Shown piece after piece: positions 52,606 through 64,000 of a stretch of DNA of 64,000 nucleotides. Numbering within the stretch: position 1 is the first letter of the stretch; the number at the start of each line of letters is the position of its first letter. The translations under genes and the position numbers were made by a program. A model generated the notes under the pieces. The model did not search any database and had not been told where the DNA came from. It saw only the letters and a list, made by a program, of their open reading frames with translations. The stretch is from the NCBI GenBank assembly GCA_964016885.1, contig OZ024740.1, forward strand, positions 394,134,001-394,198,000, given 5' to 3'. This stretch comes from Eledone cirrhosa. Its lineage: Eukaryota.

Positions 52606-54002
52606 CATAGATAAATACACATATACATACAGAGATATTCTGTTTCAGATCATCGAAATACAAGTCAACAGAGAAGCTTTCAGTTGGGCAAACATTTAGC
52701 AATGGATCCTTCCTCTAATGAAATCGTGCCATTAAAAACGATATAGATATCCGAAATAATGGGATGGTTTTGTCAAAGCTGGAAAATCTTTGATCAATCG
52801 GGATATCTGGGAGCTATATAGTAAGGGCAACTTATAGTCCGTTACAGATCCCTCTCACCAATATTGACTTTTCCTCTTGGCTTTGGTTTCTACTCGAAGA
52901 AAGTAAAGGAGCCAATCGTCAGATCGGACCAGGGAAATTATATTTTTTATTGAACCTACCACAACTGACACTATTTGCCGATCGCAACTACTGGCAATCG
53001 GACCCATCACACCAATTCTTTACCAATTCTGTTAATCTTGTTTCTATTTATCGAGCTCATACTGCTGGGATTTGAAGTCAGAGCGCAGAGGCCAGTGTTT
53101 ACCTCCATTTCGTCGGCGTTAAACCAGAGAGCACAAGACCCCTTTGAACAGGACACCAGTCGAGCGCAGAAATAACCCCCAACTTCTACTGAGTGGACAC
53201 TGATTTTCATACTGAGTGGACCTAAACATCGTAGAAGCTCGCCCAAGATTCGAAACCTCGAGAATATGATTGCAAGTCTAACAGCATAACAATAATGCCT
53301 GCTCCTTCACGCCGCAACAAATACTGAGGCATTCAACCCAACGTTCTAAATACTGGTTATGAAATTGGTAAAGACAGCATGTTCTATCCAGGAGCTAACA
53401 TGGGAGCTTAACGAAAACAACAATAAAAGTAACAACTTCCCAAAATATCCTCAAACTTACAGGGGCTGGGATGTCGTGATATCCACGGTTTTTTCAAGAA
53501 CGTTAAATCGGAGCAAGACTGATTATATTGATTTCTTTTATCAAGGGGAAAGAATTCGAGAATTTAAGTGAGATTCTTGAGATATTTCATGCCACTCCTA
53601 AGTGTATTATCCGCTTAAGTAAAGTAGAGGAGCTAAGGCTAGGAATCAATTCCGAGTTATTAACTCAGATGAAGTAGGGTTTATCTCAATACTACCGTGC
53701 TTGAAGCAACATAGAAGTGGATTATCTACCAAGCTGTTTGTCTCTTTGTCTGCATGACTCTTTCACTAACGTTCTATTTTCTCTATCTCTCGCTCCTCTT
53801 TATGTATACATAGGGAGAGACAGATATATCCATGTGTATATGATGTACATACACATATTCATATATATTTACACACACTCACACACGCACACACGCACAC
53901 ACATATATATATATATATATAATGAAAGAAGTGTGGTAAGGAACCAGGTGGACCATAACGCACCAGAGTACTCTATACTTTTGGTAGTAGAGTGGGTAAT
54001 AG

Positions 54003-54050
<48 letters not shown>

Positions 54051-54198
54051 CGAAGGAAATGTGGTAAGGAACCAGGTGGACCATAACGCACCAAAGTACT
54101 CAATACTTAGGGTAACATGTTTGAAATGTTGAAACCCAAACACAGATTTACTAAAATAATAAGAGCGTTAGACAATACAGTAAAATGCTTTTAGCGAC

Positions 54199-54372
54199 AA
54201 GAAATATGTGGCCAGCAGCCCTTCCAGAGAATCAAACTCTGTATTTCTTGATTCCGATTAAATGCTTTACCAAACGGTAACTGACATTTGGTGTAAAAGT
54301 AAGGGCACATGAGTGGAATCAAGAAATAAAGTGTTCGATTCTCTGTAATGGCTGCTGACCATTTATTTTCTT
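54199..54372. repeat. Imperfect hairpin
   Basis: AAGAAATATGTGGCCAGCAGCC..CAGAGAATC..TATTTCTTGATTCC is mirrored by GGAATCAAGAAATA..GATTCTCTG..GGCTGCTGACCATTTATTTTCTT. Confidence 0.75.
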
Positions 54373-54517
54373 ACACTAAATGCCAAATTTTCTAACGGTA
54401 TTATCATTGTAGCCACCCGGTGCTTGGATTTCAATATTTCAAACTTCAAATAATTCAAACATCTCGTAAGGTTTGTTTGCGTCTAACTCTAACTAATAAA
54501 GCTATTATTCATATATA

Positions 54518-54606
54518 CAGATTGTTCCCAAAAATTGTAAACTTACTTTAATTACCTGTATAGGCAATATTTATTGGAATGGTGAATACATTTTTGGGAC
54601 ACCCTG
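54518..54606. mobile_element. Tiny Tc1/mariner-type MITE
   Basis: TA-CAGATTGTTCCCAAAAATTGTA ... TACATTTTTGGGACACCCTG-TA. Confidence 0.6.
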
Positions 54607-55695
54607 TATATACACAAAATAACTAGCTAATGAATAAGTGAGAGAGGTTAGCATGGTCCGAGTGAATGAGATTGCTCTGAGTATGTGCCTGTAAATTGGC
54701 GGATGGCAACTGAGAAAGACACTTGCTCTAGCTGTCAGGTTTACCGTGGCGTTTTGCAGGCATCCTCCACCAGTGATCCTCAGAGGTTTCCCCACTTTTT
54801 GGGAACTTGTTATGTTTGATTTTTCAATATTTACTTATCAGTCTTAGTTATAAACCTCTCTTTCACACAGAAACCCCCACCCTCTATCGTCCTCTACTGT
54901 CCGCTACCATTTGTATTGTCCCTTTAATGTAAGCCATGTATGGCTAATAAAGCAACCATTATTATTATTATTTTCCTCATATATTTGTTTTAAAGACTCG
55001 CTCTTAACTTTCTCCCTATCCATGTCTCTCTCAATCTCCCCGTGTCTCTTTTTCTCTCACTCATCTCTCATTTTTTCAAAGCTCTCGCGTTATCGATTTG
55101 TACACATTACAGATATATCACATACTTTATCTTAATTTCATTTCACTTATGACAATCTACGAACTTTATCAAAACTTAACTTGCCAATCTCTTCACGGTA
55201 AATTAACTACTCAATATTTGATCTTAACACCTTATTTATCTGCGTTCTTTCTTTCTTTCATTCATTCATTCTTTCTTTCTTTCTTTCTTTTTCTCCATTT
55301 CTCCTTCTTCCAATTTTTGCACTATGTCCTTCCACCACTTTATTTATCTTTAAACTCTATCTCTCAAAATAAAAGCTTGTTGGATTTTGAATATTGCGGA
55401 CAGAGTACAGTTTACTCAGGATTTATTGAATCTTCTTCTTCTTCTTCTTCTTCTTCTTCTTCTTCTTCTTCTTCTCAAGTGTATGTTTGTGTGTATGTAT
55501 GAGTGGGTCTGTATGTGTATGAATGCAGGTAAGTATGCATACGTATGTATATATAATTGTGTGTATTTATGTTTACTATACATACATACATATATATGTG
55601 TGTGTGTTTGTGTGTGTATGTGTGTGTGTGTATGTGTGTATGTATGTACATATATATGAGTACACGTCTATGTACATACACACAAACATATATAT

Positions 55696-55782
<87 letters not shown>

Positions 55783-55798
55783 GAGAGAGAGAGAAGAT

Positions 55799-56912
55799 GA
55801 TGAAGTTGGAAATAGCAGGGGAGATTTGTTTAAGGGTCTGTTTTTCTATTTTGATTTGTCAAAGTGACATTATTGAAAAGATAGTGTTATTAAAAAGATA
55901 GTGTTATTAAAAAAAGAGGGACAATTCTTTTTTGAAAATTTTTCATGAAGTATATAAAGTGTATGAAAAAATTACCGGTTTCCATGTATTAAAATGCATC
56001 TTGTTAAATTCAGTGAAAAAAAGTTAATTAAAAAGACAGTAAAAAAAGGGTTTAAAATTAAAATTAAAATAAAAATAAATTTTTAAGATCTTTTAAAATT
56101 TTCTTCTAAAGAATGATTTTTTGGAGAGAAAGACTTCTTAATGTTTCTTTTGAAAGGTATTTTTTTAAGTTTTTTAGGAAGAGTTCTCTTGACTCTCTTA
56201 ACTTCTTCAATCTTTAAATTTTTGGATTCCGGGACTCCTTTGGATTTCAGCTCTTAACCTTTGCCAATTTTCTGAATTTAGGAGAGAAATGAACTTTTTC
56301 TTAATTCCCCTCTACAAAAGTAACTTTAACAGACAAACTGTAAAAACGCACACACACAACAACCCGACACATATATACGTACACATATTTATGCATACAT
56401 ATACGCACACACTCACATGTGTGTACTCTTGTGTGTGTGTATGTGTGTGTGTATGTGTGTGTGTGTGTGTGTATGTATGTGTGTGTGGGTATGTACTTAT
56501 CCCAACCTACCACAGTAGTCAGCTCCTACAACAGTAGTCAGCTCCTACAACCCCCTACCTCCTTTTGAACTATTGACCACTAGATTAAACAAAACAACTT
56601 GGCCTCATTCCATGCCAACTTTTCATGATGGAAGAAATTTTGCTCAAACATTCGTTTTTGATTTTAATTTTAATTTTAAACTCTTTTTTACTCCCTTTTT
56701 AATTAACTTTTTCATTGAATTTAACAAGATGGATTTTAATACATTGAAACCGGTAATTTTTTAATACACTTTATATACTTCATAAAAATTTTTCAAAAAA
56801 GAATTGTCCCTTTTTTAAAAATAACACTATCTTTTCAATAATGTCACTTTGACGAATCTAAAAAGAAAAACAGACCCTTAAATATATCTCCCGTGCTATT
56901 TCCAACTTCATC
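55799..56912. repeat. Fold-back element with ~270-bp inverted arms next to (TA)n
   Basis: 55799-~56080 is the reverse complement of ~56655-56912. The right flank ends AACCTCACTT..TTTCTAATATATA, like the 18661-19460 element. Confidence 0.85.
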
Positions 56913-57759
56913 TTTTTTCTATATCCACTGTTTTGTATAGAACCTCACTTCCCTTTTCTAATATATATATATATTTTTTTCTTTAGGTCGTTTTGGACGA
57001 GAGTATTGAAGTTTGCTTGAAGCATTGTGGAATAATAAGGTATATTTCTTTAGGTCGTTTTGGAAGCCTCAACAATGCAGATGGGTAAATCTCCGGGTAA
57101 CAAGATCCGGTGGTGGAGAGAGAGATGTAAGTGAATGTAGGTTGAGATGTATAGTGCGTAGAAGAACGTAGGAAAGAGCGTAAAAAATAAAAATAACACG
57201 AGATAGAGTTACCTTGGGAAAGATTTAATTGTCCCTATATATTTCGGATTCACATCCAACAACTGGGGTGGGGGGGTCTGTCGGAAAGGTGCGAAACGTG
57301 TCCTCTGCTGTTCGTTGTTTTGGATATCTGAGGTATTCAGCAGAGCGCGTGAAATGGGGTCGGTCAAGTATAGGTCGGTGGCCGAAATAGTTGTTTCAAT
57401 AGTGGGAGTGGGGTGGCGTTAGCTGTCCAGTCATATATATATATATATATACATTTGCATATGTGGGCATGTAATTGTTCAGAAAGTCTTACATAGTTAA
57501 TCTAGTGTTTTCCTGTGACACTACCTCTCGTTGGTGTCAAGTATCCAACATTAAAGGAGAAAAGGGACCATGCTACATGTCAACTTTGAGACTGAATGTT
57601 TACTTGGTATTCGTAGCATCTCTCGATCACACACTGCATTCATCGTGATGTCTTCCTATGAGCGATAAGATTTCGTGGCCCTTTGAGTACGTGACGCTAG
57701 TAACTTGAAAAAAATTAGCAAAACTTCAAAAGTCTTTGGTAACCACCCTTTATGATGAT

Positions 57760-58200
57760 ATAAATTCACATCTAACGTATGACTCAGAATACTAGTGAGT
57801 GGTAAAATGGGACATACATAAGAACAATTTCGTTCACAAAGGATACCCGCGAAAAAACTGTCGCATCTTCTGGCCTAACAACGTGTCAAGTGGAAACATG
57901 AACCACATCACTGGTTTCAATAATGTTCTCTGTCAAATAAATCAGTGACCAGGCGCCTTGGTCATGCACTCAGAATGGATGAGAAGCGTATACCATAGAT
58001 AGTATTAGGAAGTACAACATCTTGACACCAAAAGACTGGATGGCTAAAGAACAACATCCGTAGAAATGTTGAAGATGAATTGAGAGAAATGCATCCTCCA
58101 TGGAGCAAGGCCTAAATAGATGACTAGCCTGAATGATATAGAATTGCTGATATAGAATTGCTGAAGCCTTATTTACCATTTGGGAAGAACCGGATTAACC
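57760..58200 (+). pseudogene. Decayed RTE 3' fragment
   Basis: Broken translation RIFWPNNVS...RRLGHALRMDEKRIP...RRNVEDELREM. Confidence 0.55.
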
Positions 58201-58682
58201 TTAAAAACACCTTCAAATGGATATCTGGAAAGTGGTAGTTATCTAAAGGCAGTCGTGGCATCTAGTGATTGATAACTGTAGAGTATGTTTATATATCTGT
58301 ATAGTCAAATATTGCAATGCATAATGTAACGAAGTACAAATAGATGTAGAGTAAATTTTGTTTCGTACATTTTCGGCAGTTTAGTCATGGATACAGAACG
58401 ACTGAAAGAACAATTTCCGACTGAAATTAAAACCTTTCAATTCTTCAGAGTAGACCTAATCCTTTACCTAGTTTAATATCACCACCAGACTCTAGGGTAC
58501 TTTAGCGGATTCTATACAGTTACAAATATTTGAAACAGGTCATCTGCGTGTTTTCTCCTCAAAGCGACCCTCCACAAATATCTCGAACACTGGAGTACCT
58601 CACCTGATTAAGCTGTAAAACATTTTAAGAAGAATATGTATGCATGTGTATATGTATGTATGTATGTACGTATGTATGTATG

Positions 58683-59288
58683 TCAGGTCACCAGTTGGTG
58701 CTACTGGTAACATGTATCCCAGTACAACCTGTCTCATGGTCGGGTCGTTGGCGACTAAACTGGCAACCCCACCAAGGTTTCTTGGTGAGGAGGGTGACTT
58801 TGGACATCCTGCAGGACTAAAAACAAAACCTGTCAAAGGGCAAAGGAGCTCTTAAGAGTCAATGGCCATCCAAAATCACTGGGAGAGATGACCCCTTAGC
58901 CTTTGTCAAGGCAGAATTCTAGGAGAAGGAAAACTCTGATATAACACCTGCAACCCTGATGGTATCCAATGATGTTGACTTGTTCTTCTTTTTGGTAAAT
59001 AACATCTTGGTTAAGAGAGTGGGACTGGCTTTGTGCAGTGCCTTTGCTCACTATAAAAGCTTCACGGCACAGGCATTGCTTTGTATCTGGAGATCTCTCT
59101 GCACTTGTCGTCACATGGTACCATGGACCTAGCACTATGTGTCAATAATTGTCACCGGTGTAGTGTTTGTACCAGAGTTTTCAAGTCGCTGGCTGGACTA
59201 AAGTTACATTCGTTCAGCGCATCGGTAGGAGTTCTCCTACATGGATATAAAGTAGTGGCCGTACTCGAAAACGAGTTGGCAGCCACCA
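58683..59288 (+). mobile_element. Probable non-autonomous RTE derivative (5' leader fused to 3' end) in (TATG)n
   Basis: Flanked by (TATG)n. The 3' part encodes HRCSVCTRVFKSLAGLKLH, similar to the last finger (RSLAGLKSH) of the RTE at 62990-63050. The 5' part is self-complementary. Confidence 0.6.
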
Positions 59289-59314
59289 TGTATGTATGTA
59301 TGTATGTATGTATG

Positions 59315-59346
<32 letters not shown>

Positions 59347-59397
59347 AAAAATTGCACGAGTGCATTAATAATTATTAATAGTGTACTATTATTATTA

Positions 59398-59456
59398 TTG
59401 TCCTGTACTATCCTTAATGTCTACTTTATGTAAACCCTTGTGGTTAATAAAGAAAA

Positions 59457-59458
<2 letters not shown>
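59398..59458 (+). mobile_element. Extreme 3' end of the Tx1 family in (TAT)n
   Basis: Nearly identical to 13981-14037 (TCCTTAATGTCTACTTTATGTAAACCCTTGTGGTTAATAAAGAAA). Confidence 0.85.
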
Positions 59459-59501
<43 letters not shown>

Positions 59502-59599
59502 TATTATTACTTTTTTTTTTTTTTTTTCCAATTCAATGATGTTCCAGAACAATATAAAAGAAATAATTGGCAATTTAGGTTCTGGAACAAAAAAGATCA

Positions 59600-62500
59600 T
59601 TGGCAATAAGGGCAGGGGCCCCAGGTTATCACAGCCTGGGCCCGCTCGTCATCGTGCCATTGTAATAGAGCCAAACAAGGCATTTAGTCTTGGCTGCTGG
59701 AACGTACGGACGCTGCTTGACAGGGATTCCTTGGGGCGTCCTGAACGAAGGACCGCTCTTGTTGCAAAGGAGCTTCGACGTTACGATCTTGACATCGTGG
59801 CTTTATCTGAGACGAGGCTAGCTGGAGATGGTCATTTTACGGAATTTTGTGGAGAATATACATTCTTCTGGAAGGAAGAGATGAAGGAACCAGAAGAGAG
59901 GCTGGGGTAGGATTTGCTGTTAAGACTGTGCTTGTGAACAAATTAGAAGAATTCCAAGTAGGGATTAGTGAGCATCTTATGTCCATGAGAGTTCCGCTGG
60001 ACAAGGGAAGATATGCTACCCTGGTGAGTGTGTATGCTCCAACTATGAGTTCTGTCGATGAAGAAAAGGTGTCCTTTTACCATGCCTTGAAAGGTGTTTT
60101 AAGAAATATCCCTCAGGCAGACAAAGTCATCGTGCTTGGTGACTTTAATGCTAGAGTAGGTAGGGATTTTAACATATGGAATGTAATCGGAAGGCATGGG
60201 GTGGGAAAGTGTAACAGCAATGGTATGCTCCTGCTGCAGATGTGTGAGGAACTGGATCTGTGTTACCAACACCATGTTCCAACAAAAGAACAAATTCAAG
60301 ACCACATGGATGCATCCTGCATCTAAGGAATGGCATCTTTTGGACTAAGTCCTAGTCAGGATGCGTGACAGACAGGATGTGCAGTGTGTTCGTGTTCTTC
60401 GTGGAGCTGAGTGCTGGACGGACCACCGCCTGGTACGCGCAAAAGTGAAACTAATCACTAAACGTAAAATCCGGGCTCCTGGTGTTGCCCTGCCCAAAAG
60501 ATTGAATGCTGCTCGTCTTAAGGATAAAAATGTGAAGAGGACATTGGAAGAAGAGATGTAGGCTGCAGATCTTGGTGAGGATTGGCCGACCCTTAAAAAG
60601 TCGGTTTATGATGTAGGCAGGCGTGTTCTGGGATTGGCTCAGAGGAAACATCAGGACTGGTTTGATGAGAATGATGTACATATAGAAGACTTGTTGGCTG
60701 ATAAGAGGCGTGCTCTGTCACGTTACTTGACGGCAAAACCACAGGAGAAGAATACGTTGCATGAGGAACTCAGGGATGTAAAATCACGTGTTAGGCGGAG
60801 TCTTTCTCAGATGAAGGATCAGTGGTGGAGTGAGAAGGCTGGTGAGATACAAACTGCATCTGATTCCAATAACACAAAGCTGTTGTACAGTCTCTTGCGT
60901 GAGGTTTATGGACCGTCTTCTTCTCTGGTGACACCGTTTCGCAGCAAGGATGGCAAAGAACTTCTTCGTGACTCACAAGGAATTCTACGAAGGTGGCGAG
61001 AGCACTTTGATGATCTTTTGAATCAGCCGTCTGTCGTCAGTGAAGATTTCCTCAATCTCATTCCAGAAAGTCCTGTGAAAGTAGCTCTCGCAGAACCTCC
61101 GACGCTTGTGGAGGTTGCAGTGGCTATTTCGAAGCTGAACAGTGGAAGATCTCCAGGTGTGGATGGCATACATGCTGAGCTCCTACAATATGGTGGTGAG
61201 AGACTCCTGCAACATCTTCACTCTTTGTTTGGCAGGATATGGGCTAATGAATCCGTACCTGAGGACTGGAGAGCTGCAGTAATGGTTGTCTTGTACAAGG
61301 GAAAGGGTAACAGGAACGATTGTGGGAACTACAGAGGTATATCATTGCTTTCTGTCGTAGGGAAAGTTTTATGTAGGGTGCTTCTGGACCGTCTGCTGAC
61401 ACACATTGCAGATTGTGTTCTTCCTGAAAGTCAATCTGGTTTTCGTGCTGGACGCGGCACTACTGATATGATCTTCTCAGCTAGACAGCTCCAAGGCTTG
61501 GATCTGTATCAGGTTTTTGTCGATCTGACAAAAGCTTTCGATACTGTGAACAGAGATGCATTATGGAAGGTTCTCCAGAAACTTGGTTGCCCTGATAAGT
61601 TCCTTGCTTTAGTTAGGTCTTTCCATGACGACATGAAGGCTTGGGTTAATGTCGGAGGTAACATGTCGGAGCCTATCTCAGTAAAAAATGGAGTGAAACA
61701 GGGGGATATTCCAGCACCGACCCTGTTTGCCATATACTTTGCAATGGTTTTCTGTATTGCATTCAGGAATTGCGAGCATGGTGTTTACATCCAATATCGA
61801 ACCTCAGGCAGCATATTTAACATCAGGCGCTTTGCTGCGAAGACAAAAGTATTTACATCAATCATAAGAAACCTCTTGTATGCAGATGATTGCGATCTTG
61901 TAGCGCACACAGAGAGTGATATGCAGCACATTTTGAATACATTTTCTGACGCTTGCACTGCCCTAGGTCTGACTGTCAGTCTCAAGAAAACCGTCGTCAT
62001 GTACCAACCTGCCCCTGGTAAGCAGTACACTGAACCAAACATTTATGTGTATGGCAAACGAATTGGAGTGGTTGATCAGTTTGTCTACCTGGGAAGCACT
62101 GTCAATCGATACAGAAACCTTGACAGTGAAATCTCACTTAGGATTAGGAAAGCAAGTGATGCTTTCGGAAAGCTCGAAAGGCGACTCTGGGGTCGGCGAG
62201 ATATATGCAGGAGGACAAAGGTAAAGGTGTACAGGGCATGTGTGCTCTCTTGTCTTCTTTATGCCTGCGAGACCTGGGTCACATATCGACACCACCTTAA
62301 GCAATTGGAGCGTTTCCATCAGATGTGTCTCAGACGGATCCATGGCGTTCACTGGAGGGACCACATCAGTGATGTCGAGATTTTGTAAAGCTCTATGTGT
62401 GACAGTATAGAAGCTCTTGTGCTTAAGCAACGACTCCGTTGGAGTGGTCACCTTGCCAGGATGAAGGATTCTAGAATACCAAAACAACTCTTTTATGGAG

Positions 62501-63060
62501 AGTTGGTTAAAGGAAAACGACCGCCACATAAACCAAAAAAGAGGTATAAGGATTCCTTGAAAGCCTCTCTGAAAGACGCTAACATCTCTGCTGATACATG
62601 GGAGAATATTGCTGCTGATCGTAATAAATGGAGAAAGACTGTATATGAGGGAAAAGTTGCCTTTGAGGCATCTCGAATCGCATACGAGAAAGTAAAGCGG
62701 GATGTGAGGAAGGGCATTGCTGTTGCACTTCCAGACGGCGAGGGTCCTCCTATGGTGCTGACATGCAGCGTATGTGCGAGACTCTGCCTAAGCAAAGCTG
62801 GACTCGAAAGTCATCTTCGCAGTCATAAAGTAAGACCAGTGGTTGACTACCAGGCTGCTGTTGGAGATGCTACTCATCATGCTTGCCAAACATGTGGTAG
62901 AGAATGTTAATCAGCAGGAGGGCTCAGCGACATGCAAAAGTACACGAACTCCAACCACAGCCGACTATTCCCAGTGAATGTTTTGGTTGCCGACTCTGTG
63001 CAAGACATTTTAGATCATTGGCTGGGCTAAAAAGCCACATTCGATCGCAGCGCTGTTAGT
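59600..63060 (+). mobile_element. RTE-clade LINE, single ORF APE-RT with C-terminal C2H2 fingers; inactivated
   Basis: GCWNVRTL, ALSETR, VYAPT, GDFNARVG, WTDHRL, NYRGISLL, DLTKAFD, GVKQG, LYADD, LYACETW and RLRWSGHL motifs. Stops at ~60348, 60561, 62388 and 62910, plus frameshifts. Confidence 0.93.
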
Positions 63061-63235
63061 TGCTATCGTGTGTGTGTGTGTGTGTGTAGATATGCTTATG
63101 TGTGTGCGTGTGTGTGTATATATATATGTATATGTATATTATTATTGTTGTTGTCGTTATTATTATTGTTGTTATGATTATTATTATTATTATTGTTATT
63201 AATGTATGTGTGTGTGTGTATATGTGTATGTATAC

Positions 63236-63313
<78 letters not shown>

Positions 63314-63371
63314 CCTTTTTTTTTAATTTTAACTTTCTTTTTATTTATTTATTATTATTATTAATGTTGCC

Positions 63372-64000
63372 AGGCACTCACTGCCCTCTACCAAGCGGGC
63401 AATGCGATCAGTGGAACTTCCACTCTCGAGTTCTATAGAGGATTAGTGGTGGGCAAGTGCGATGATGCACTCGGAGAAGCTTTGGGCCTCGACGAAGTCG
63501 AACTGACCAGTCTGTACCGGAGGACTTTTGAGCCGGGGACGATGGACAATTTCCAGAAATCCCTCGCTTGGCAGTGCTACCGGGGGCACTGCCGGTTCGG
63601 GATAAACTCTACAGGCACGGAAGTGCTCTCAGACGGACCTGCCCAAGATGCGCACAGAACGACGAAACCGTTCTGCACGCACTTGTCCAATGTCCGTGCA
63701 TTACTGACTTGTGGAGTTATGTTGAACAGCTACTGTCGCGTGTGGAACGAATCCGGCTATCGGCCGAGTCCATAGTGAAGATCGAGCCGCCACATTCCTT
63801 AGGTCAGAAGAGCAGGAAATTTTCCTCTGTCTGGTGGCAGTTGCGAAAGAGATTATATGGTGGACCAGGTTGAAAGGACTAAAGACAGACACTTTTCTCT
63901 TCGGCCAATCCCTCATCAACTCCTTCAAGTTTCACCTCTAAAGGAGGGTGAGGGTGGAGAGAGAAGTGCTGCCCCCCAGTACATTTGCTAAAAGGTGTGT
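63372..64000 (+). mobile_element. 5'-truncated Tx1 copy (ORF2 C-terminus), running off the window
   Basis: MDNFQKSLAWQCYRG and LPVRDKLYRHG..CPRCAQNDETVLH match 13100-13730. Preceded by (TTA)n. Confidence 0.9.

Noticed and set aside
57290-57350. GAAACGTGTC followed by a CTCTGCTG/CAGCAGAG stem as a hammerhead
   Set aside because: No CUGAnGA in the required position.

Overview
This is AT-rich eukaryotic DNA with no convincing host gene. It is almost entirely microsatellites [(TA)n, (CA)n, (TATG)n, (TAT)n, (CT)n] and retroelements. The repeat content suggests an octopus or other cephalopod genome (inference from SINE/LINE types, not a database hit). Recognisable elements are: R4/Dong-type RLE LINEs (one 729-aa uninterrupted RT-RLE ORF, one near-full-length decayed copy, several fragments); a near-full-length Tx1/L1-type LINE plus fragments; RTE-clade LINEs (one with C-terminal C2H2 fingers, one with a twin-priming-type 5' inversion inside a SINE); a Penelope-like RT remnant; tRNA-derived SINEs; and two Tc1/mariner MITEs. 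The most notable signal is a set of short non-coding fold-back or tandem elements in (TA)n tracts that carry type I hammerhead ribozyme (HHR) motifs. One is a ~429-nt tandem family present at two loci, and one of its copies restarts at the predicted self-cleavage site. There are two further unrelated HHRs and two degenerate ones. All structures were paired by eye and no searches were run. Most short ORFs in the track are microsatellite or antisense artefacts.
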